Origin: Vicugna vicugna
Taxonomy: Eukaryota
Reading direction: 5' to 3'
DNA: 64,000 bases
Assembly: GCA_013265495.1 (NCBI GenBank)
Contig: MU058257.1
Location: 1,505,262 to 1,569,261, forward strand
The notes under the pieces were generated by a model. The model was not told where the DNA came from and did no database searches. It saw nothing but the letters and a program-made list of their open reading frames with translations. This document shows positions 43,438 to 57,700 of this stretch, one piece after another; position 1 is the stretch's first letter; every line of letters begins with the position of its first letter. The translations under genes and the position numbers were made by a program.

Positions 43438-46400
43438 ACATGTGTGCTTGTTATTTTGCAGTTTAACATACCTCCTTGTAAGAATCAGAGATAACATTTA
43501 CATCGCCTTTTGTCATGTTGTTATTTGAGGATGAGCAACTACTAGTGTAAGAGTCTAAGGAGCTTAGTGACTGATGAAAAAACCACCACGTAGGTCATTT
43601 CTTGTTACTTGCAACCACATATTGGAGCTAAATAAATAGAAACTCTCTTAGCTCAAAGGTAAGAAGCTGGACGCTGACACACCTGCATGAGCATGAGCGG
43701 CCCGAGACCCTACCTGGCGGGACATGAATCTCCCATGGGCCACGCCAGGGTTAAGGGACAACCAAAATGCCCCAAGCCCGCCAGCTGTCCGCCAGAGCTG
43801 CCCTCCTGGTTGTTTGCTTCCCTGGGCACCTGAACAAAGTGCTCTATCGAAGGAATCAAATCATTAAGATTTGCCTGTGACTTTGCTGAATGGGACAAAA
43901 TAATCAGAGAAATCAAATGAAATCTCTCACTGCTGACAGTGGAACCAGGAGGGGACCCCGGGCCACTTGGCATCCACGAGGGACAACAGCTGAGAGGACA
44001 GGTGACTCGGCCACCCACGGGCAGTCCCTGCAGAGCCACAGAGACTGGGTGCCACGCCTGTTGCTCAGAGCTGCCTCTGCGGACCAGCACGCTCCTTTGA
44101 GGTTTATGTGCTCCGTCCCTGAGGGAAGACATGCCCCACCAAGGGTCACCCCAGTTCACCGGGTAGCCCTTAATCAGCGAGGTCCCGGGTGATTTCCCAG
44201 GATGGGAAAATCTGTGGTCTCAAGTGACTGACCATGGTGATGTCTTTATGTATTCTGGAATATTCTGTGCCTTCTAAAACAGACCACAGAAGATTTTTAG
44301 AGAGACAGACAGACTAGGTTTAATGGAAATCACTCAGCAGGTAACCAGTACCAGTAATTTGTTCACACGTATAAATTTGCCTCCAAAGGATCCTGTCAGT
44401 ATTTATGACAGTTTAAATAATACAACTTGGAAAGCCGTGATTTAATTCTACAAGTGGCAGCAATATTTTGGTTTGTATTTCTATTCATCTAGATAATCAT
44501 TTGTCTTTTCTTAAATCTACTTTTTTCTCCCCCTGGGGAAAAAAGAATGATCCCCTGGGAATCACTCCAGAATAATGATCCAAAGTAAAAAAGTGTGACA
44601 TGCTTCATTTATTGAATGGCTTGTCTTTCTAAACAAGCCCTCACATGTGGCCCGACGCATGAGTAATTCTACCATAAAGTAAAAACGTTACGAACCATAC
44701 GTCAATGCACTATCACGCTTTCATGAAATGGCACGGATGCTTATTAAATGAGGTTTTAGAATCCAAAGCTGTTGAAGTCGTCGCAAAAAATCCCAGAACC
44801 CTCTTTCTCAGCACCAGAGAGCAGAGAACTGAGGGGGCGGGGGGGCTGGAGGAGTGGAGAGGAGAGAATGCCACCCTGAGCGACAAAGTGCATCGCACCC
44901 CCATGACCCGAGTGACCAGGGAATGAATGGAACAGACAGAATCAGGAGAGTCAGAAGCCTGCTGGCATGGAGGCACCCGACCACGCTGTCAGAAGCACGC
45001 TCTCCACACGAACAGACTGACTCAAAAGGGAAGAGGTACAATCTGCAAAACTACCTCATCGGCTTCACTGAGTGAAAATGACAACAAAAGGAGGGAGATG
45101 ATCCAACGAAAGGCAAGAAAACCGAGCTGACAGCACACAGCCAGGCTGAGATCCAGAGTCCCCCTTCAGGACTTCAACACCAGGCCCGCTCACCTTCCAG
45201 GGGTCGTGTGGGGCCGGGCAGGTGCATGTCCATGCCCCGCTCCCGGGGCAGCAGCAGCTCACGCGGCACAACTCAACTCAGACTCTGGGAACCTGTTCTG
45301 CAGATTCAACCAGCAGCTAGAATTTGTTGGGAAGAAACAAAGGCTCGCGGACCGATGGTTCTGTGTTCCTGGAACACACTCCTCAGGGAAAGTCAACAAA
45401 GGCCAGGAAGCTCCGAGCACCTGGGCGAGCAGCTGCGCTGGGGTGGAGACCGATCTTCCTTCCTGGCCACTGGTACCAGGATTCCTTATTAGGGGCAACC
45501 ATTTTCCACCAGAGGAGGAAACCACTTGGCCAAAAACAGCAGAGAGGGAGCAGGAGGAGGAGCCGGGCGAGCTCTGCTTGGGGGGACAGCGAGGGCAGGG
45601 CCGACCAGCCACAGGAGGAGGACCGGGGCGGGTCCCTCGCCGCAGGGAGGGCAGGTCTGCCAAGACAGGGCGCCAGGGCTCAGGGGAATTGGCCCTGCAC
45701 CTCTGTCCCCGCCACGTGAGTCTCATGTGAGCCCAGCTTGGCACGGATACTTTTTGAGCAAATGGCTTTCTTCTTGGTCAACCTGAAACATCCCCAAATC
45801 TACTCTTTCTGTTTCCGCTAACTTTTCCAAAACTTAGGGGGAAATTACTATGACCACGATGTACAGATCTCACTCCTGAATAATCTTCCTAAAATAAAAG
45901 ACAAGGAGATACACACACATTTCTTTTAAGCCTCCTGTCACAGCTTCAGAACAAGGCTTCTTACCCTCCCCAAAAAAAGGGCAAGAAGAAGAGCCACAGA
46001 AAGCAAGCTGCTGAAAGGCGGCATCTCTTGCATGATTTTGATGCATAATTAGAAATTTAACTGCTTAGATTATATTAAGGATTGCACCACTACATTTTCA
46101 CAAGGTTCATTAGCCTAATTATACACTTAATTAAAACAAACTCAGTCACACATGTTAACATTTTCAATTCTAAGTATAAATTACAACCAATGATAAAACT
46201 GAAAATAAGTAACAAATGTTTCATTGACATCTAAATTGGCTGAGCAAGTCTGAGTTTTGCTTTGATAATGTAAACTCCCACAACTGCCACCCAGCTGTAT
46301 GGAAATGATCATAATTCATCTTAATAAAAGCTGACACCGTCTAAACACCACGACTGCGGGGAAAGCAGAGCAGAAGCGAGTGGAATGGGGTCCCACCAGC

Positions 46401-47731
46401 AAGACCCTCGCCCCTCGCTGAGCCCCGAGTGGAGGGCTGGCCAGAACCCACCTTCCAGCCCTAGAACCACAGCCAGGATTCCAAGTTAATATAAAATCTT
46501 GATTTTTTTAAAAAATCTTTATTGGATAAGATCAAGTGGACCAAAAATGGCAAAAAAAAAGTAGAGAATTCTTTTAGATTAGGGCAGAAATGATAGGCAT
46601 CATACAGTTACATTTAAAGAAAGCAAGATTTACCTAAATGCAAATACAACTTTTCTCTCTAAAACAAATGCATTTATTACGTCCTGCTTTTAGAACTGAA
46701 CAAATCTGTGGCTGAGAATGCAGAGCTGAACACTTCCAGACAAAAGGCTACAGATTCAGTAGATAAAGTTAAACTGTCGCTTTTTTTTTTTGGAAAATAA
46801 TAAAAATAAAATTGAGAACTCAGAGGTCAAGAGCGTATTTGTTCCTTTGTAAGTGACTACTCAACTTTAAAATTCTACAGGGAACTGAAATCTACAAGCC
46901 TCAAGTAAAGCTCCTAGCACCTGAGCTGTTTCCAAGAAATTCAAATTGATTGCAATTCCTCATTTAACAAATATGCCCAACTCACTAAATATGTGTGTAC
47001 TGGGATTCTCAAGTTCAGGATATAAGAGCAAATTCTCATCTCGCATGCATGACAGAAGAGATGCTTTTCCACTAGTACACAGACTAGCGGGCACCTGCCA
47101 AGACAGCCAGCGCATCAAGCATTTGGAGGGAATTTTAAAGGGACGTTGTAGGAAGACAAAATATCATTCTCATTAGCTGCCACTGCCAAGCAGCTCGTAA
47201 TTATATTTTACATGTATTTTATAAGTATGTATATGTTCTATAACCGTACAAAGTCAAAGGAGTGTCCCTTCCCTCGGGGTGAAGGTGGAGCTACCAGCAC
47301 CAGCCAGGAGCAGAAAGCTTGAAAGACACGGAGACCTCCCCCCCACCTCCCACACACACCTTCTCACCATGGGCGGTTTTCCTAACTAAAGACTTTACAT
47401 TTGTCCTCAGGTCCCATGATTGACGATGGACATCGGGAAGAGGAGTTCTGTGGGTCTTGTTACTAACGAGACCATGTCAAAAAATGTGGTTGTTTTCTAT
47501 TTCCCTTCCTCCAGGGAACTGGTTAGAATGAGTGGTGTGTGTTGGTGGGAAAGAATGTACAGTTACAACAAAGAGGCTTTCTTATCAGCCAGTAAGTGGA
47601 ACTGAAGTTTTGGGCTCTTGCCCCTCACCCCAAACAATATGAATAGGGAACAGAAGAGAAGGAATTTTAGATATGAAAAACACGAGGGTGTAAACCCCAG
47701 GATAGCAGGCACTTCTGTCTGGTTCTCGGGA

Positions 47732-47952
47732 GCAGGACTGGCAAACTACAGCCCCTGAGCCAGAATTCGACCTGACCCCCGTTTACACAAATGAACTTGA
47801 CGGGAACATGGCCACGCTCATCTCGTGACACATGGTCTGGGGCTGCTTTCACGCCACAATGACAGAAATGAACCCTTGCAACAGATGCTTGGTGGCCCAC
47901 CGTGCCAAAAATACTGAACATCTGACTCTTTGCAGAGAGTTCGCCCAGAACC
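47732..47952 (+). mobile_element. MER58-type hAT-Charlie DNA transposon remnant
   Basis: caggactggcaaactacagccc...ggctgctttcacgccacaatgacaga...aaaatactgaacatctgactctttgcaga. Confidence 0.75.
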
Positions 47953-50900
47953 AAGGATGGTGCCTAGTACAGAGTCTTAAAAAAAAAAAACAAAAACTTG
48001 CTTAATGAAATAAACAAACATACAACTCTTACTTGCATAAGACAAAAAATGGGAATGCCAAGAGCCACGGGGCTAAGAATGAAGCAGCATGGAGGTGAGT
48101 GGGGAACGACCACTACGGAGAAGACCAAGGGGGAACAGCTGCGCTTGACCGAGAATAACACGCTCAGCCATACGTGCATCCCCGGGGGAAGGGTAAGGAC
48201 ATGGACTGCAGGTGAGACCGCGGGCTTCCAGCAGAAGAACAAGAGTATGGTATTCTCAAAAACCTTCGACAGCTTCTCTGTTTACTGAATGAAGTCTCAC
48301 GGGCCACTCACACCGTCCTTCCTAACGGTCTCTCCTGTGATACCGTCCAGTACACTCTTTCAAATCTCTGACATTATTCCTCACCCTCGTACATAGCGTC
48401 TTCCTTGCATGATCTATGTTGGAAAGAGTGTCTTTTCAGAGCATCGGCAGCGTAAGTCCGGTGTTTCCTTTAAGAAACAGATCAAGCTCCACTGCTGCAA
48501 GGCATCCAAGAGTCAATGGCCCTGCCCCGTCTGAGCCCCATGGCACAGTTACAGAGCCGCGGACACACAGCAGGGGTCTTTTTACAGACACACTTCTCAA
48601 TTAGACCTTAAGTTGGTGAAAATTAAATATGAAATCTTATAATTGCGTGAGCTCAGCCCCCACTTCAGGACAGACTTCTGCATGTTGCCTCCAAGTCCTT
48701 CACACTGTCTCCCAACCAGACTCCCGTGTGACCGGACAGGCCCAGGAAAACTCACAACACCACGCCTGCGTGCGTTCTGACCGTCTGACGTCTGGGACAG
48801 CACCGCCCCGCGAGCTCTGCCGAGTAGCCCCGACGGGCCAGGTCCTGGAGGTGTGCAGAGTGTATATGATGAGACGTGGCTTTTCTGCCAGAGGAAGCGG
48901 CAGTCACTCGGCACAGCCTTCCTCAAGTCGCCGCCCTCGTGACTTAAATAAGGTCATGTTTGACATTTAAATCGGGAGGAAATGAAATTATACGTGTGAA
49001 GTGAAAACTGATTTCAAGGTAATGAAACTGGATGAGGAGGTCTGGATGGGGGTCAGTTACCTTTATTTTTGAATAAAATACAAGAGGAAGCCAACAAGGG
49101 GCAGCACCGAGGGGACAGAGCAGGTCTCCCCAGCGTCAGTCTGCCTGCAGGTTCGGGGTCCCGGGTAGCGGGTGGGGACGGGCAGGCACAAGCCAGCTGT
49201 AGCCGCCGCCCCCAGTCAAGGAATGACATCCGACCTCCTCCAGAAAACAGCCTTTTGAAGTTGGCCCCGGCAGGTCTTTATTCAAAGAACATCCTTACAC
49301 CTCGGGCCGTAGTAATGCCTAACACCCAAGTGGCTTTGTGAGTTTCTCTAACATTGACTGCACACTCTTCCTATTTTCTGGAGTTATACTTGCTATCCGA
49401 GATGTTCTGCTGTGTGTGCCTTCTCTCGGCGACGTGTGACCCCTATTCTGCCTCGTTCCTTACACTCTCTGACTTTGAAATTGAAATTGGAAAGCAACAC
49501 TCACGTGTATGTGTCACTTTTATAAAAGTAAGTTTTCAGTAAGTGTTATTCAATTAGTTTTATCTCCAAAACTGAGCTGGCCCAAGTGTGATTGGAATTT
49601 TGTACGAAGAAATTTATTCTTGGAAATTTCAGCTTACGTGCCATGAATCTGCATTCCCGTGTTCCCACTAGGTCTGCATGCAAGTGCTTCACGAGTTCCA
49701 TTTAACCTCTTCCCTTCGGCTCAGCGCATCACCTAACCTGCTGCTGCAGCCACCGTGGGGCTGGGATAGCCTCCTGGATGTGCCGTCATCACATCCAAAA
49801 TCAGCCTGCCTGACAAGCCAGTGTCAGCTACCTGATTCGGACGACTCCTCCCCCGTCGGCTCACGGAGCACCTGTGGTACGACCTTGTGGGCATTTGTTA
49901 CATAACTACAACTGTGTGACTTCCAGCTCACACTCCAGCTCAACTGTGAATCCCTGGAGAGAGGCTCCATCCTGTTCGTCCTGGTCATCTAACACCACAC
50001 ATGGGACCCGTCACACAGGAGACACTTGAGAAGGTTTCCCACGGACTGGGAAGAGCCTACTTGGAAGCGTTTCTGAGCCCAGGTCACGGGCGTCTGAGAT
50101 CCTCGAACAGCCCCCCTGGCTCCTCTCCGCCGTCAGCCTCTCTCTGAAGGTCCGTGACGATACAGGCCGAGCGGAAGCTCAAAGATGCAAACAGAGGGTG
50201 GGGGAAAAACTCTGCTCTGCTTCCCAGCTTGAGAACTGGTGATGCCTGAAAAGGGTTTAGCCAGAACCTTACTTTCTTAATCTCTCTGTCCCTCGTACTG
50301 GAAAGCTATACAAGATTTCCTTCATTACTTGCCAGATCAGCAGGGATTAAACGTGAGTCAGCTCTAAAACAACTCGCAGCTCTGACAGGGTACCTGTCTG
50401 CCTGCCCGCGGCCCGTGTATCAAAACTAAACCCTGTGGTGACCATTACATCCTAGATTTTGTGCGACACCTTCCACTCAACCAACTCACAGTAGATTTAT
50501 TTTTCTGCCTTACTGTCTTTTTTGCTTTAGGCTTTTTATCTATTTTATCCTAACATCCTTTCCCACCGAGGCGGGAACTGTGTAATACAGGACAGAAAAT
50601 AACATGTTTGTAACTGAAACACTGGTTCAAAGCTGGCGCCACACACAACAGAGTCTCATAGGTGCTGAGTCCCGTCCACACGCAGCTCAAGGCACATTAA
50701 CGCTGAGAAGGTGTAATCCACGCATCCTGTTCCTCTCTTATTTTTCTCCTCATGAAATAAATGGGAAAAAGACTTAACTTCTGCAATCATTTAAAACTAT
50801 CATTTTTAAAGGATTAAAAGGCAAGGGCCACTTTGAATGCAACTAAGTTTCTTCAGCTGAAAGTTCTTTGAAGAAATTTCAATGCTTCTCCAGGTTGAAA

Positions 50901-51345
50901 AAAATAGTAAAAAGCACAGAAGAAGGAGAAACGTGAAAGCAATCACAATTCTGAATATCATCCCCCCAAGTTCCAGGTGGATCTCACACCTGGTTGTGTA
51001 AGGCCGCCATCTGAGCCCCGTATTCAGCTTGATAAGCCAGGTTTCAGCCTCCAGACCTTCCAGAAAGCTCTTTATCAAAGAGAGGAGACCTGGATTCACA
51101 CGGTCAGGACATGTACCAGGAAGGGGGTACAACTGTTGAAATACTTACTTTAAAAATTAAATAGAAAATTTAATCACAGGCTTGTCGCTGGGGCCCCATC
51201 TGTCCCTCACAACACACAAGACGCTTGAAATCCCTGGCAAGAGTGGAAACTGTTCTGGGTTCTCATCCACTGGCCTGAGGCTACTGTCCAGCTACCCCTC
51301 TTCCTTCTCCGGGGGTAAAGGAAGTTAAAACAAATGGTAAACAGA

Positions 51346-51463
51346 AGGCGGAGGGTATAGCTCAGTAGCTGAGTGCCTGCTTAGGATACACGAGGTCCTG
51401 GGTTCAATCCCCAGAGCAGGAAAGAAAAAGAAACAAACAAATCTAACTACCTCCCCCCAAAAA
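51346..51463 (+). mobile_element. tRNA-derived SINE (Vic-1 type)
   Basis: gagggtatagctcagtag...gggttcaatccccag; TSD ggtaaacaga at 51336 and 51464. Confidence 0.88.
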
Positions 51464-52333
51464 GGTAAACAGATGAAAGTGTAACAATAAAAGAAGTGGT
51501 TCAAATTAGAGGCTGAATAGTTCATACATGTGTCTCACTGGGGCCTCATCAAATGGGTGAAAGGAGCGGCTGGGGGAGGGGCGGGTGGGTCCCATCCCCC
51601 ATCCTCCTTCCCCCTCCCCTAGAAGGAGGCAACATTTCACATGTGGATGGTGGGCGCTCCTCAACCGTTAGCTGCAGAATCAGTTCAGAGTATTTAAATA
51701 TCTATTTAGAAAAACAATAATTCTCTCACAGAAAAAAAAGCAGCAGAATCAAAGAAGCTCCTTTAACATCGGGTGTTTTGAAGGATCCACGTTCTATAAA
51801 GAAGTCACAGCGTTTGGACTTCCAAGTGTGCAGGTTGAACAGGGGTTATGAGCCACAAGGTGGGGAATAAATCCGTAGCTTATGTAACTTGTCAACATTT
51901 CAACCATCATCAAAGAAACAGTACAAAATTAAAGGACGAATCAACATTTAAAACAAATTTAAAGTGAATCATTACCTAAGTTATCAGGATAATTCTTACT
52001 GAATTAATGTTTTCAGGAAATTGCTTGAAGCCTCCCTTAACTTTGCCCGTCGGGCTGGAGTCCTGACTTTCATCGCCAATTTGCAAAGAAGTGAAATGTT
52101 TGCATGGATGGGGTGAACGATAAAATTATTAGGATAATTTAAAGGCCGTATTTCTTCATCTTCATAAGTGCTTTCTGGATTATGGTATATCCATGAGGAT
52201 GAAGGAGCAGGAGTCCCCAGATGGAGATGTTTCTATGTAGCACATGCTAAAGTGACACCACCCGATAGCCAAGCACAAACGAAGATCAAACACTCCACGT
52301 TACGATTCAATGAAAAACCTGCGTGATACGTTA

Positions 52334-52810
<477 letters not shown>

Positions 52811-54581
52811 CTACACAGTGTCCCACACAGGTCACATCCTTGACCCTCCAATGAGCCAACTGGGTCAAAGCTCTGCCCCTGGAGATGACAGTCAGATGGG
52901 ATGCAGCCAGCCTCACGTCCACTGCCCCACGGTCCCCCCTGCCGTGAGCGTGCTCCCTGCACGTCGGGCGCCGCAGCACCCAGGACGCCCACTGACAATC
53001 CAGTGATCACCCCGAGGGTGCTGGCGGTGGAGCCCCAGCCATGAAGCTGCTGATGGGAAGTGACACAAAATCACTTCTGCCCCATAAGAACAGTGCTTTA
53101 ACATTAGCACAGTCAGCTGAGTCGTAATAAAGGTGGGAGTAAGTTGGAGAGTGTATGTTTTCTAAACCACCTAGAAGAGATTCCACTTTCTTTGCAGATA
53201 TTTCTGTGTGTGTGAGGACTACACAGAAGTCTGAGCAGTACTTACCTACAAATCAGTGTTTGGAAACATTATTTCAATTACATGTCTAGGTGAAGCAACC
53301 TGGACAACTGTGAAGTGATTATCAGTGGACTTGATAAAGGTCATGGTACAGTTTTCATACAATGGAAAATGCCAGTGCTTCAACTGTAGTTCTTAAGTAA
53401 AACCTGGGGTATTCCTACACAGCATGAGTGCTCTGACTGTGTAAAACAAAGACTAACGAAAATTAAAGACAAGAATAGCAAACAAGTCATAACAAATTTG
53501 AAAATGTATGTATAGATTTAATCACTTACACTAGGACAAAATTAAAATTCTGTCACATTGCCAAAACATTTACTAAAATTGTATTATTTAAATGGCTATT
53601 TAATTTTTATTTATTTTCAGAGGATTTCATAAAATCCAAATTTAGATACTTTATTTAATATCATCTGAACATCTATTTAATGACTGGTTTGTCAACTCAG
53701 AATAGCATGGTAACTTTAATATATTAATTTTATTTCACATTCTTTCTAATAAGAACCATGACGGGGCAAGCATTTCTTAAATGTAAATTCTTCAGAGTGT
53801 TGGCAGCTGGATGCCAAACATAACCTGATTCAGGAGCCTGTTTACCTGACAAAGTTCTCAGAGCACTCCCTTGAAGACCAAGAGACGATAGAATTAAGAG
53901 TTTAAATATTAACATCTGGACCCCAAACTTTTACCCAAAGTCAAAAAAATTTAGAATGACTGCCCTCCCTGCTCTAAGGTAACTTTGACAAAGTTCTGAG
54001 AACACCTCCCATGCAAACATGCCACTATTTAAGATAAGTGTAAAGCTGTGATAATATATGGAAGCCTTTCTTTGACCTCTCATACTTAAAAATCACGTTC
54101 AAGTTCCCTAACCTCTAATTTTTCAGCAAAGATCTTGAGATTCTATTTCTCCAAACCAAAAAAAATATACTGACTAATGCCTACCTGATCCAACTAGATT
54201 TTTTAAGTAGAGTATGTCTATAATTTCACAAAGTTGAAGAACAAATGAAAGACCAAAATACTGACATACAAAAGCAATATGAAAATAGTTAGAGTGCTGT
54301 GAACATGACAAACATTTTCAATCAAATACTATTTTGTGCTGTAATTTAATAATATCTGTCAAGGCATGAAGCTCACGGCAGATGCGTGTGGACTTCCATG
54401 CTGCGGCTCTTACCTACTCAGAGATCATTAACTCAGGAGATGGAGGATGCTCTTTGGGAAGCAACCAAGGCACATTTTCACTAAGCACAAACATTCTGCA
54501 TGCCATGCGCTTCCGGAATATTTGCTGGCATCAGGGAAGCTACCGGGATGTGACAGAGTTAGTTGGAACCATAAGGACTTA

Positions 54582-54782
<201 letters not shown>

Positions 54783-57700
54783 TTAACTAGGTCTCTCCCC
54801 CGCGGGAACAAGCTTGCATGAGACGGAGGGTGAGCGCATGGGAAAAACTGCAGGTTTAAAGCAACAGTCTCCCGAGCTGGTGCCTCCCGGGGTGAACAAG
54901 ATGCCAATGCAGTAAGGAAAGAAAACATTAGAACTGGTACTTAGGTCAACCTTCTTAGCCTATCATTTTTATTTCTCTTTTTGATGAACGTTTTAGGAAG
55001 TGACCACAATGTTGTAACATGTTAACAGACGCACACTACTACGGATGCGTGTTTAACATTTTTATGAATCCAAACAGGCGTGACCATTAGAAACCTTAAG
55101 GAGCAGCAAAATCTTCAGTCCCCAGTTCCTAGAAACACAGCTTGTCAAAATGAGCATGAGTTAGTACAGTCCTAGGCTTAAATACTTCCTCCTGTGAAAT
55201 TTCACACAAAGTTACCCTAAACCAGTCGACTGACCATTTAGAGGTAAAGGCACTGAGATCTCAGCCGTGAAGACCCCTTCTGTCTACTCTGACACAAAGG
55301 GCAGAGCAGAGGGAAGGCAACAAAGAGCAACACAGCACCTGCCCCCACCGCCCCGACTGCACTCTTCCTCGTAGAATGCCAGTGTTTTGTAAAATTATAT
55401 TCCAGCATTTTACAGAAATCAGGTAGGCATGCTGGTGCTTCAAAAGGCGCATGTGGAACAGACGGGATGGTTCACAAAAGTCACTGAAATATCACCCAAG
55501 AGTATGCCTGACCTTACAGTCCTGGCTACTGTCTTTTCACTAGTAAAGCTGGCTTTGCAGGATCATTTGAATGCCTGATGATATCAATGGTCTTGGGAAT
55601 CTAATGAGAATATGCAGAAAAGCCTCAGAATCTCCAGAGACAGTGGCAAAGAGGCTCACGTGTGTGTCAGCTCGGTACCTGGTGCCTAGCAGGTACCCCA
55701 CAAATATTTTGTGAATGGAAACAAAATCACCCCAGGAATCTCTGGGGTAATATGTTTCCAAATACAACTAAATAAAATTTAGTTAATCTATATCTTGGAA
55801 GTTCATATGTATGATTTATGTACACACACAGCTTGTTAGGTTTACCACTCCTACTGTATAAATTTGATAACAGTGAGTTCACATGCGAACTTACTAAACT
55901 ACCAACACAACAGTCCACCGTTAGAGAAAAATTTTATATTTTTAACCATGTATTTGACAGATTCATAGTAGAAACGTATATGGCATCAACAGAGACATCA
56001 ATCCAAAAAGTGATAAGCAAAGGGTACAGGTTCCACACACAACATCAAACTGTATTTTAAATTATCGAAGCAGCAGGAAGGCAAAGCAGAGCAGCTGCTG
56101 ATTCCCAACTGACCTTCCTACTGGGAATCTAAGGCGCCCAGTTTTCCTGTGGGTTCAGACAGGCTTTGTGTGTCCTCGGTGGTGGCGCAGCACACGGGCC
56201 CAGCTCCTGAAGACTGATGGTCCTGCGTCCAGAGTGCCCACCCTGCACCTCGCAGTCATCTATCTCTTCTAAGCAGAAGCAAGTAATGTATTTCAAAAGT
56301 TAACCAGCGTCCTGAACCTGCCTCAGATTCACTCTTAGAGGGTAACAAGAACCCCCAAAGTGATGTTTTCCATGAGGGGCGGAAGGAAGACTCCTGGGTC
56401 AGAGACTTGGGACAGTTCAGGACAGCAGCAGCACTGGCCAGAGCACCGCCCTTTCGTGCACTGATTCCTAAGCTAAAACCCCCACAGGGGACGTGAAGAG
56501 GCCCAGGCAACACCAGCCCACACCAGGAACCTGGGGTGCAGGGACCTCAAGTCTTGTAGACAGTCAGCCAGCAGGTCCCTCACTGCTCTGGAGGGAGACA
56601 CCATCCTGCCAAGGCTGCTGCACACCCACCGCTGAACGGAGAGCCCAGAACAAAGGCCTTTGTTCTCAAAATGCACAAAAATGCCGCAGAACCATGAGAA
56701 CTGCCTCCCAAGAACTGTTTAATCAGAGCATCGCCAAGTGGTAGCATCCATATGTTCACTAGCAAACTAAAACTAGGAACATCGTGAGCAACTGTTCTGC
56801 GGTAACAATGTCTTCTGAATAGTAGCATTAAATTCTACAAGATAAGAGAGTCATACCTTCTACATCAAGGAAAAAATTAATTTTCAATGCAGAAAAATAT
56901 GCCCAGCCAAACAAAAAAATCAAGTGTGAAAACTGAAAAAAACTTTTGAACACGCTGAGTCTCCCCAAAGCTGCCCGGGGTCTCTTCTCATGGGTCCCCC
57001 AGACGACAGCTCAGGTGCAGGGAAGAAGACTCACGGGGGCTGCCCGCCAGTGCCCCCCGGTGCACAAGCCCCTGCCCCGCCCCAGTCAGCCAGTGCCTCT
57101 CCTGAACCACCACCGGGCTAGACGTTCACAGCTGTCCAAGCCCAGATGCAATTTGCCAGTCAAAATAATTGAATCACCACACAAAGACAGTTTACGGAAA
57201 CTTTTATCAGGTTTCCAGAAAAAGGCACACCCCCCACCTCAAAAAAAAAAAAAACACCCAAGTTTTAAATTCTCATGCAGAAAGGGAAAACTCTCTACCT
57301 TCACAGATTTTTTTATATCCAAAAAGCTACATGGATGCCGCTGCAAACCAGTACAGGATTTGTAATTAGAACACTTAAAATTTGAATTGGATCCTATGTC
57401 CTTCACTCATCATATAAGAGGACAAACTTTATAACTGGTTTGTTTACAAAACAGAGACAATAAAAGCACACTGTCTGCTTCACAGAACATAATAACACTT
57501 CGCCCAGAAAGCGATCAGTAAAAATCTACATTCAAACTCGGCAATTTTCAGAAATAGTTTAATCATTCTAAAACACTTCTATCAAAAACTTAATAAATCT
57601 GCACCCCTATCTTTGATTTTTACGGTTAGGAAGCGAGAAAGGAAATGAAAGTTCCGATGATACCCTGTTCAAGAAATTTACAATATTTTTCCTCAAGTGT

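Noticed and set aside
42048..45786. Long GC-rich ORFs (179, 149, 174, 161 aa) in intron 7
   Set aside because: No recognisable domains; overlapping ORFs on both strands are expected from stop-codon scarcity at high GC.
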